DNA of 48,356 bases, counting the filler, from Sphacelaria rigidula (lineage: Eukaryota): the NCBI GenBank assembly GCA_964200075.2. It is 3 parts of 3 records of this genome, joined end to end, with 100 filler letters (N's around TTAATTAATTAA, not from the genome) between each part and the next. Parts side by side here need not be neighbours in the genome. Positions count along the whole stretch, not along the records: positions 1 to 16,053 come from CAXNAA020001501.1; positions 16,154 to 32,205 come from CAXNAA020001502.1; 1 more part is not named here. One strand, written 5' to 3'. The position numbers and the translations under genes are program-made. Position 1 is the first letter of the stretch; every line of letters begins with the position of its first letter. A model generated the notes under the pieces. That model was given only the letters and a program-made list of their open reading frames with translations, was not told the DNA's origin and searched no databases. Of the stretch, positions 11,623 through 22,029 are shown piece by piece.

Positions 11623-14600
11623 CATCGATCGACCACTGTACGCAAAATGTGGGAACAATTTCTGCTGCAACCCCTGTAACAATATGTCAGTATCGGAAGG
11701 AAATGCGAGTCTGCATGAAACGAAAAACAATATTGTCTCTCTTCTATCTCTTATGCTGTGGCCTTCGAGGATATTTTTGTCGTCGTTTCTGCGGTAGTGA
11801 AAACGTGGTGCACGCTGTGCGTGCATGTACCTTTCAAACCTGCTACAGCTGCATTGTAGGCCAGAGTTGAAGATGCAAAAACCCGCAACACTCGAGAAGC
11901 AGTCACCTATTCTCGAATACATTGTGTGCTGTATTTCTAAAAACGAATACAAGGCTTGCCCGGGGACAAACGCTGCAGAACATGAAATTAAAAAAAAAAA
12001 TGGCTTGGATCATTTTCGAGCTATCTTGTGTGCGTACACGTCGTACCTTGAACCGCTGAAGTGAATTTTCTCGATATGTGGGGCAGATTCGGACACGAGC
12101 TAAACACCAAGGTCGAAACCACCTTGGGCCTTTTGCCATTGCTTGACTCACCTTGGACCCAGCTGTCGTTGTTTGGTACACGTCGTCAAATGACGTTTTG
12201 CATGTCCGAAACAACAAAAGCGCATGGCCTGCAGGAACTCCGTCGAGATCAGCGCGCGCTCAGGGGATGGCACGTAACTGCATACCCGTGTGTTGTGAAA
12301 GCACCAGCCCGTGGTGAAAGGAGAAGTGACGAAAATGTTCGAAGGATAACGCGCTGTGCTGCGTGTCTGCCATTTTGTAGCGTGATGCGATAATTTCTTC
12401 ACCTGTTTTGTACATAAACAAGAGCAATACTGATGACCCATGTTCGTGATCTCTCTGTTTGCCTGATGCCCTGCTGCGGTTCCCCCCGGAATCATTGCTG
12501 TGCTGTTTCACTGTGCTCTTTTCACGCAGGCAGGCTAAAATATGTCTATCGTCTTTTGGATGGTTGATGAACGGGACCGGACGTCCCGCGCTCAACGCGC
12601 GTCGGTGGTGCGGCAGCGCTGTGCACGCCCGGACTTCCCCTTCATTCAATCTTTTTTGGCACCGGAGCCCACAGCGACTAGCTAGGTTCCGCGGTGGCCG
12701 GATGTTGATAATATGCATCGCCTCGGTTTAGCGACAGGCTGTTCTATTTCTGTTGTGCCATCCAATCTTCCAGCACAGGAGTAACAGCGTTGACACGATG
12801 CCCCTGAAACTGTTCCGGGGTCCGATCCAGATGGTACACAAGCAGAGGCAGAGGCCATGTCGTGGCGGGCAGAGAAAACGCTGGGAACATAACATGCAGA
12901 CAGAATATTTATTCCCGCCCATGTTTTTTTTATTATTTCATGGTCGGAACTTTTTGCCGTCTCTTTTTTTCTTCGTCGTTTTGACCTTCATCTAATCATA
13001 CACTTGTGGCGCATGTGAGTTGCCTTGTGCAACTACAGTCCATTAATCCGTGGTGGTATGTGATTCGAAATAGGGGTGCGGGGGCCGGGGGGCACACTTC
13101 ATTTGATTTTCCAACATTTGTACCGCTTTGCGCGGTGCAAACTGTTTTTTTTTTTTTCGCGTATTCCGTACCGTTGTACCGTTGTACTGTAGTCAATTCC
13201 CCAGAGACGGGCGCGGGGGGAGGTTGGGGGGGGGGGGGGGGGGTTTTTTAAGGTTGTTTTTTTTTTTGTTTGGGGGGGGGGGGGGGGGGGGGGGATTTGT
13301 TAACGATGTTTGCTTCATATGTTCTGCATAAAAGATAAAGGCGTTATGACAGGCACACATCAGGTCGTGAGTTTTTGTCTGTGCTTCTTTTGGAAGTTGA
13401 CCCCCGTTTTTTCCCAAGGGGGGCTGTGGATTTTGTTTGGCGTTTATCGGGCTTATGCAAGTGACAGGCGGGGCAAAAAAAGGGTCAGTATTCCCCCCCT
13501 TCCCCTTAAGCAGGTGAAGTTTTTGAAGTCCTCACGAGGCGCTAAAGTGAATGGGCCTACGAAAGCACTGCAGGCCGCGCACCGCGCGGCCCAAGACACA
13601 TGTGCGAGGGTATAGTTGCATCCACTGTGGGTGATTTCCCATTGCGGATAGATGGAGACATCTCGAGCGCCGGCAGTCTCATGGTGTGAAACAGGCGTCA
13701 CCGTCACTACGCCGCGTAGGTGTTCGGCAACACGAGATTAATGCTGCCTAAGCTTCGCCTTCCGATTAAAGCGGGTGAGGCGGGGTTAGGTAGAAGGCCG
13801 ATTTGACAAAAAATCACCTTGACAATCTGAATACCATCCGAGCGTTTTGACCATGTTTAGTTTTTGGGTAGGGCGGGGGGAGGAGTTTCCTAGAGTTTTA
13901 TGTCGCTGTGTGTTTCGTGGACGTCTCCGGTAGGTGGAAGGTGGCTTGCTTTGTGCGGGTTTTAATATCTCGGTTTTTTGCTTGTAAGCTTTCTGGTGCT
14001 CAGCACGATGGTGTGGTGGGGTTGTGTGGCTCTGCCGAGGTTGTACTGACTGTTAGTAGCGGCGTTTCTCGTTTGGGTTGGCTCTCTGTCCTTTGTTTTC
14101 CTTCTCGTATCGCCTTTTTTTTTCAGATCGACTGGACGTGCACGCTTGGAGGAACGTAGACTTGTTGTGACACCTGTCACCTTTGCCTCTCGTGTAGTAT
14201 ATATTTTCATACGTCTTTTTGGATCCACCGGAAATATTTTTTGGCATCTGTTTCTCGTCGTTGTGTGTGTTCGGAGGGCAGAGGCAAAATGCCTTGCATT
14301 TCTTGTGCCACAGTGCCTCGAGCGCGAGAATCGGTTACCGCGTGTTCCGTCGTTTGGGGGGGGTAAGGGGGTGTACTCATGATCTTACGTGTAATAGTCA
14401 GATGATCATTGACCTCGCATCATTGACCTCGTAGGGGGGGGGGGGGGGGCGCCGGGTCTGGGATAACCCCAGCGTTCATGCGGGGTTGCAACGGCTTCCT
14501 TCCTGGTTTTTTGTTCGCTTAGTTTTNNNNNNNNNNTTGTGGGTGGGGGGGGGGGGTGTCGGTCCTTGGTGTGGTGGGGGGGGGGGGGGGGGGGGGGGGG

Positions 14601-15355
14601 GAGCGCCGGGTCTGTGATAACCCCAGCGTTCATGCAGCGTTGCAACTGCTTCATCACTGGTCTTTTGTACGCTTAGCTTTTAAAGGTAGCCATTCGCCTT
14701 TTATATGTTGGAAGCCAGCCCTGTTACCAACCGTTGTACGTACCATGAGGGGGTGACATTGACGTTTCTACTCAGCTTTTGCTTGGATTGAAGGGCGTCC
14801 GGGTGTTGTTTCTTCTTGCATTGTTCGTGGTGTACTGTATAATAACCAGTTGGTTCTCTTCGTGTTGTATTCCTGTGTAGGTTTTGTTTCGCATGCTACG
14901 AAAAATATACCAATGTATCCCGAATTTAAGCCGTCAGCGTTCAAACTGCGACGATCCGCTTCTTAATTTATTCTTCATGTTCGACGACCAACCGTTGTTG
15001 AATAACAGATTGAACTGGACACGTCGTTGGGTGGAGCAAAAGCTAGCCTGCTCTGGTTTGCTTCGCTCGTGCGGTAATCCACCTTCAAAAGCTTAGGGAT
15101 TAGGTGCTTTGGTTTTGATACCGTTTGTGAACCTTCCGAAGTGATTTCATTTTCGAACCTTCGAACCTTCCGGAACGATTGTCGATCAGTCGAAGGGTCG
15201 TGTCCGAACCTGTGCACACAACCATAATGAGCCCATGCCTGTACAGGCTGGGCCAAGCAGGAGCTCGGAGGTTCACCGATTTCGCCTCTCACAGCGAGTT
15301 TCCTCCAGGGCATGTTCCCGTTTTGCTCGCCTTCGGTAGAGTACTGCCGCGATAG

Positions 15356-15399
<44 letters not shown>

Positions 15400-15603
15400 C
15401 CCCCCCCCACACCCCCCCCCCCACCCCACAACCAGCTCCAAAATTATCACGGAAGAAAATTGACATACCGTGCACGCTGGCTGGTGTCGGACCGCACGAA
15501 GCGCTCCGTATGGGCGACATTGGCGAGAACGACCCCAAGCGTGGGAATCACCAGTTGCTCGGTGTACTTGGCTTCTGTCGTTGTGATTTGCATATGAATT
15601 CTC

Positions 15604-15952
15604 CACAGGCACCGTAGGTAAGGTAGGTACCCGGTACCGGTATTTGGGACATCTCATACCCTACCGATACCGGTCCATCCCGGTATTTTCGAACGTCATA
15701 CCTACAATACCTACGATACCAGGGTATTTCGAAATTTCAGTACCTACCGTACCTGCCCGATCAGTTATTTTGAAATGTCATACCTGCGATACCTACGATA
15801 CCAGGGTATTTCGAGATTTCAAAACCTACCGTACCCGCCCGATCCGGTTTTTGAAATGTCATACCTACAGTACCTACGCATACCACGGTACAGGATACCC
15901 CGGTAAATACCGGGGGTACGCTCGGTACGGTACCTTGCCTACGGTGCCTGTG
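15604..15952. mobile_element. Non-autonomous DNA transposon (MITE), hAT/P-type by TSD length
   Basis: TIR CACAGGCACCGTAGG(T/C)AAGGTA at both ends, perfect 8-bp TSD GAATTCTC (15596-15603 and 15953-15960), and internal subrepeats such as atacctacgataccagggtatttcga. Confidence 0.85.
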
Positions 15953-15992
15953 GAATTCTCCCTCTCCAAACAAGCCACTTTTTTGTTGGGGA

Positions 15993-16038
15993 GGCGTACT
16001 CATTTGTTGCTTGCCTTAGTCGTTTGACTGTTGACCAC
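15993..16038 (-). mobile_element. Truncated LINE 3'-end copy
   Basis: ggcgtactcatttgttgcttgccttagtcgtttgac...tgaccac matches the reverse complement of the LINE end at ~34115-34160. Confidence 0.75.
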
Positions 16039-16053
16039 TGTTTTTTTCGGGAG

Positions 16054-16153
16054 NNNNNNNNNNNNNNNNNNNNNNNNNNNNNNNNNNNNNNNNNNNNTTA
16101 ATTAATTAANNNNNNNNNNNNNNNNNNNNNNNNNNNNNNNNNNNNNNNNNNNN
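16054..16153. other. Scaffold gap with artificial TTAATTAATTAA six-frame-stop spacer (same at 32206-32305)
   Basis: A 100-nt block of N has ttaattaattaa at its centre, and it occurs twice. Confidence 0.95.
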
Positions 16154-16159
16154 TTGATT

Positions 16160-17628
16160 CTCATTCCAAAGTACGTTCTCATTTTTCTGGCGACCCTGTT
16201 ATCAGGCACCTGCGTTACAAAACTCCCCCAGTTGAACTCAAATTCATCCGGAAACATTGGCATCTAACAATCTGGACGAGGATGAAGCGGCGTCACTGCA
16301 TCAGCCACCAGATCCTTTGCTGCCGCCCACGCCTGCAGCCTGCCCTCCGTCCACGATGCAGCCTTCTTCGAAAACGCATTACCCGGACTGGACCACCCAG
16401 CCTGCAAAGTTCGTAACACCAACCCGAGCGCCAAGAGAGCCGCCACGCACGATACCAACCAACTCGGCTTCACTGGATCGTACCGCCGCGGCTTCGTCTG
16501 CACCGCGAATGCCCCAGGTTTTGGCTGTACACGTGTGGGCTCCACGCGCGCGGGGGGATCACCCCGCAGCGCATGACAAAACGCTTTGACGTGGCAATGC
16601 AATATACCGCGCAGGCGCTCCGCTTTTGAGACGCTGAGGCTTTTCGCCTCAGTATCCGTCACGCTCTCCTCCAGCGCAACTCTCCGAGCGGACTCCTCAT
16701 CCGGCGGATCAATAAATATCTCCGGGCCACGCTCCACCAAGCATTCCACCGCCTCATCACGCTCCTCGGACACCTGCCACCCCCGCCTCCTGGGGAGCAT
16801 CAACCGACAAGCTCACTCTATGACTGGCCAAAAAAGCAGGCGTCTCAACACTAGAACCGGGCGACAGCGTTTTCGTTTTTAGGGACTCCAACAACCGATC
16901 ATACCGATCGACTCCGAGTCCCCGAAGCGTCGGTAGGCCCAAAAGAACGACACTATCCGTCCCCGGCATGATTGCAAACGATATTGGGGGTAATTTTGCT
17001 GGCCTCCAAGTAGTTTGTAACGCCAACTGTAGGGGAATGGTACGCTCCGTCACATTTATACGTTGCCCCGATGCGGTGATGGCTTGCCTCGCCCCAAGCG
17101 AAAACGGAATTCGAATTTGCTCACTGGGGAGTAGACGCTCCAGCATCTCCACAATTAGCACCTACATGCTCGTGAAGTGGGCGCCTGAATTCAACACCGC
17201 TTTGACCGATATAGCTCCCCGCGCCCGTTGATCGGGCAGATATAACTCGGCAGGGAAATAATTGTCTTGGTCCTCGACCCGCACCTGCTCCGCCGACTGA
17301 TTGTTCGTAATCCCCACTTGGCGCCACGGCTGCGCGCGCGGCGCAGGCAGAGACGCCCCCGCTGGGGTCACCGGCACCACCGGCGGGTACAAAGCCCCGC
17401 CCGCAGAACCAAACTGCAGCGGTACCCCGGCCGGCGTAGCAGCGGATTCAAATTTCAGCTGAAAACCAGCCGGCGTAGCAGCCGGCGTCTCGCCTTGCTC
17501 TGCTGCCGGCGGCGCCGGCACCGAGCCCGACACTAGAGAGGTCGGTGCCACCTGCACCGCCCGTTGTGGGGCAGCAGCCCCTGGGGCTGAATCGAACCCA
17601 TAGCCGGACCCCTGCTGACGCCGCTGCC

Positions 17629-17675
<47 letters not shown>

Positions 17676-18850
17676 GAACTTGACTGTGCACCTCCACCGC
17701 TGGAGGATCCGCCGCTGCCGCCACCACGACTATCTCGTCTTTTGTGATTGCGAGGGCTTGCGGCAATCGTCTGCCCAGACTCCCCTTCAGAAGGTGTTGG
17801 GCACTTCTGTGCGATGTGACCGACCTGGCCACACTGAAAGCAAGTAAAATAGGATACAGCACTGCCTGCGGATTTTGATCCGCGGTTACGCGAGCTCAAA
17901 GACTGCGGCGACGAAGTGGATGATTTTCCGAATACTTCGACGCGCCGCCATGCCTGAGTCTCAGCCACCACTGTATCTATGACTAAATACGGGTCCGACT
18001 TCCAATTTGTTTCGTGCTGTGACTGTACAAGCACGGCCTGCTTAAATTCCGCCGGTGCCAGACCCTTCACCATAGACTTGGTGACCACCGCAGCGGGCCC
18101 TGGGCAAAATTTCCCATCGGACGAACGATAAATCATCTTTACGTTGGGATTTTCCGCAAAATACGTTTCCAACTTACCCATTATGGGCTCCACCCTCTCA
18201 CGCATGGTCCCCCCCTTGTGGTTCATCGCGACAGCCTTAGCCACGGCCCTGGACGCCTGAGTAAGCTCTACCTCCGCGCCTGCCGCATGCCCTGCGTGCT
18301 TCTTTATCGCTGCAGTTGGCTGCAGCGGCGTTATGGTATGCCTTTCATGGAACCGTCTCGCGAAGACGCCTTGCAAGGGTGTTGGTACTAATTCCGCCAT
18401 CGACACCACCTGATGCCTCACCACACCCCCTGCATTCGCATGCTCCACCCTCCTTTTGTATTCCATGTATCTCGTGTGAAGCGATCGAGAGGCACCCTCA
18501 GAATATAAACTCCCGTAACTGGGCGGCCGCAACTCTTCCCTTAGAACGACTGGGGTTAAAGTCGTTTCTGCTGGCTCAATTGTCCGTACCTCCATAGTCG
18601 ACATTCTTGAGCCTAAATAGAAGATTTCTCAAACCTTCTGGAACTTCAGTTCACACCTGCTTGCTTCGCCGCTCCAACACAGCCCTGGGGTCGTATAAAC
18701 ACCCACTGTGCGCAGCTCCAGCAAGTCTCCCGTCTGGATCAATCCCGGGTCAGCCGCCTTTTCAGCTACCTCAGCTTGAAGCCTCCTCACGCGTCCGTGA
18801 AGCTCTGTGCCCGAAGCTAATCACTAGTTGTCCAGACTTTTCCTACTAAA
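16160..18850 (-). mobile_element. Defective Ty3/gypsy-like LTR retrotransposon internal region: gag (ORF 17162-18604), aspartic protease, RT N-terminus joined to the connection/RNase H start
   Basis: Zinc knuckle CFQCGQVGHIAQKC, protease-like VLNSGAHFTS (D to N), RT N-terminal PPARVEPTRVQPKPG...WSSP, then WTEGRLQAW and MFPD..NWGSFVTQVP. Frameshifts are present. Confidence 0.85.
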
Positions 18851-19159
18851 AGTTTCAGCAGTCTCAAACGATAGCATCTACTAGCACGCCAGCACTAGCT
18901 CTAATATCGATATTGTGACTCTAGCAGGTTTGCTAGTACTGCAGCGTTGAAATGCTGTTGAGGGACTCCCCAGCTCCACTGGACTCGAAATCTCAGTTCT
19001 CAGCCTTTACAACACCTCATCATCATTTCGGAGTAAGCACCTGTAGCCTACCATCAGGCCTGGGCTACACAGCAAGGGTCATCATCCACAGGATGCCCTT
19101 GTCCCCTGGTCATCATCCAGGATGCACTATATACTCAACCGTGACGGCGTGATTTTGCC

Positions 19160-21660
19160 ACAGGTAGGAGTCTGGTAGCTGTGGGAACCTGATACACTAC
19201 GGGCGCGTGGAGAGGGTTCCAGCTGAGGCAGCTGCAGAAAGGCGGCTGGCCTGTGATTGATCCAGACTGGAGACTTGCTGAAGCTGCATGCAGCGGGAGT
19301 TTGGAGGCCCCTACGACTGTGTGGTGCGGCGACAAGGCAAGGAAGTGCGCAATTCGTGAAAGTCCTCTGGCCTGTGAAAGTTCGCAGGTAGCCGGTTGCA
19401 GCTACGCGTATGGGGACCGGTTCGTGTATTACGACCAGCGTGACGCCCGTGGTGCGGGAAGAGTTGCGACCTCCCCAATACGGGGATAGGTACTCAGAGA
19501 GTGCATCTTGCACTTTCATTACGAAGTACTTTCAGTACAAGAAGCATGTGAAGCACGCTAACGCAGGGGGTGCTGTGCGGCATCAGGTGATGCCAATGGC
19601 TCAACAAGTGCCAACTTATGTGCAAAGAATGTCTGCTCGTTTGGAGCATGAAAAAATCGCAATCACCCCGCTGCAATTGGTTGCGGCGATCAGAAAGCAT
19701 GCTGGGCATGTGGCGGGTACTTGCCACCGCTGTGGCCAGGTCGGCCATTACGCGCGCGATTGCCCAACGTCTTCCGGTAGAGAGTCTGGGCAGTCTAGTG
19801 CCGTGCGCCATCAGCATCGTCAGCACAAGGGCAAAAGACAAGGTCATTGTGGTGGCGGCGGTGGATCCTCCGGCGATGGAGGGTCGCAGGTGAGCCCTCG
19901 GCAGCAGCCGCAGCAGCGGCAGAACCACCAGCAGCAGGGGTTGCGGCTTCAGCACTGGCTCTGGATCCGGCGCCGCCGTAGGTGCTACTGCTCCGCAACG
20001 GGCAGTGCAGGTGGGCCCGACTTCTACAGAGTCGAACACTGCGCGGGCGCCGATGGTGGCGCCGGCGGCGACACTGGTAGCAGCAGCGCCAGGCGCGACG
20101 CCTGTTGACGCGCTGGTCGGAGGGTCGTCAAATTCTTGGTTTGCTCGCTGGGGGACGTACCGCCGGCGGTGCCGTTTGAACCTGCGGGGCGTCTTCGACG
20201 GCGTAGCTTGCGCAGCCATGGCGTCAAGTGAGATTAGCGGCGCATAGATCAGCGGAAGAAGTTCCCGTGGAGGTTACCGACAGATAAATTCCGGCGGAGT
20301 TATGTCTTCCGAATCAACGGCAGCGTGGAGCCATTGTGGTTTGGTCTGTGTTGGATTCTGGTGCCCATTTCACTAGTCTGCCGGGGCAGATGGTTGAGAT
20401 GCTGGAGCGTCAACTCCCGGGTGTGCCGCTGCGCATCCCGGTTTCGCTCAGGGCGTGGCACACAGTCACCGCGTCGGGCCAGCATGTTTCAGTCACGGAG
20501 CGTACTGTTCCGTTGCAGCTAGCCTTCAAGACTGCTTGGGGGCTGGCGCCGATGCCTCCGATCTCGTTTGCGGTTTTGCCAGGGTCGAATGGCGTTGTTC
20601 TTCTAGAGCTACCGACGCTACAGGATCTAGGAGTCGACCCGTATGAGCGATTGAAGGACTCCATCAAGACGCGGATGTCTCCGCCTGGTCCGCACGTGGA
20701 GACGCCCGCCTTTGTGAGCAGTCGTCGCGTGAGCTTGTCGATGGATGCTTTTCAGGAGGCCTGGAGGCAGGTAACCGAGGAGCAGAATGCGGCGGTGGGA
20801 CGCTCGGTAGAGCGCGGCCCGGAGATGTTCATGGACCCGGTGGAAGAGGAGTCCGCTCGGAAGATCGCGCTGGAGGAGAGCGTGGCGGATGCTGGGGCGA
20901 CAGACCTCAGCGTCTCGAAAGCGGAGCGCCTGCGCGGTGTCTTACATTTCCGCGTCAACGCATTTCGTCGTGCGCTGCGAGGTGATCCTCCCGCGCGCGT
21001 GGAGCCCATGCGTGTTCAGCTGAAACCTGGGGCATCCGCGGCGAAGACGAAGCCGCGGCAGTACGATCCAGTGAAGTCGAGCTGGTTGGCGTCGTGCATG
21101 GCTGCTCTTTTGGTGCTCGGGTTGGTAGTCCGGAAGTTGCAGGCGGGGTGGTCCAGTCCAGATAATATGGCGTTTCCGAAGAAGGCTGCATCGTGCACGG
21201 AGGGCAGGCTGCAGGCGTTGGAGGCAGCGAAGGATCTGGTTACTCATGCCGTAACGCTGTTCAATCCTCGTTCTGATTGTCAGGTGTTCATGTTTCCGGA
21301 TGCATCTGACTGTCATTGGGGTAGTTTGGTCATGCAGGTGCCTACAGTTGAAATTGAAATGCCTGTGCGCGCTGTGGCAGGTATGGTCCGTGTGAACTTG
21401 ATGACGCGACGCCGTCCAAATCTGTCATCTGCCAAGCGCAACGAAAAGACCTTGGGGCCGAAGATGCGGATGTGCAATATTTCGAGTCGGACGTTGGTAC
21501 TGCTATCTTGGGCAATGAAGGTCTGTTTCGTGTGCATGTGCGCGGCCGAAACGTTTTGTGGATTCCGAGTTCTGACAAGCAGTTGCAGGTACGTCCGATG
21601 GGGAGTCCCTCAACAGCAGTGATCCAGCAGTTTTTCCACTGGCTGGCGTCACAGACCTGA
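19160..21660 (+). mobile_element. Second defective Ty3/gypsy-like copy of the same family in opposite orientation (gag 19410-, pro/pol 20336-21622)
   Basis: CHRCGQVGHYARDC knuckle, VLDSGAHFTS protease, MFPDASDCHWG RNase H start and a LWIP..LQVR pre-integrase segment. It is colinear with the 16160-18850 copy, including the leader. Confidence 0.85.
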
Positions 21661-21674
21661 GGAAGAGTCAACTA

Positions 21675-21910
21675 CAGTAGGGTTTGCAAATTGGGGCCCA
21701 GACTTTCATCATTCAGGGGCTCCCGACGTTGGGAGCTACACAAGAGTATAAGTCGGGACATTCCCTTTTTTCAAAACCATTCGGGGTACCCCTCGCCCAT
21801 TGGAATGCCCTGGTGACGTCCCCTTTTATATTTGGGAAATTGTTTTCTGGATGAGAAAGAGGGCTTTCAACAATAATTCAAACGTCAGAAATAGTTGTGC
21901 ACCCCTACCG
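21675..21910. mobile_element. Tc1/mariner-type MITE
   Basis: TA|CAGTAGGGTTTGCA ... TGCACCCCTACCG|TA: an imperfect TIR with TA flanks. Confidence 0.55.
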
Positions 21911-22029
21911 TAGCAGCACTCAATTACGGATAGTTGCCTGGCGGACACCTTTTTTTCTCGAACCGGACAGACTGCAGTGCACAAGAATCAAGAGTTTGCG
22001 ATAACAAAGGGAAACAAGAGAATACACAA

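Larger units (their letters stand above)
15350..16053. mobile_element. MITE family A copy with two nested insertions (8-bp-TSD MITE and LINE tail); right end lost in assembly gap
   Basis: Starts CGATAGCCCC and has the family-A internal sequence (gcgctccgtatgggcgacattggcgagaacgacc). Confidence 0.7.

Noticed and set aside
14975..15657. Poly-Gly/poly-Pro ORFs (also 13000-13420, 27933-28454, 47417-48049) and poly-Thr/Val ORFs at 29890-30181
   Set aside because: They are translations of homopolymer or microsatellite tracts.
15660..15880. Regularly spaced direct repeats resembling a CRISPR-like array
   Set aside because: The units are internal subrepeats of a TIR/TSD-bounded MITE. There are no unique spacers and no cas genes, and the context is eukaryotic.
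16054..16153. TTAATTAATTAA palindrome inside N runs (also 32206-32305)
   Set aside because: It is an artificial scaffolding linker with stops in all six frames, not biology.
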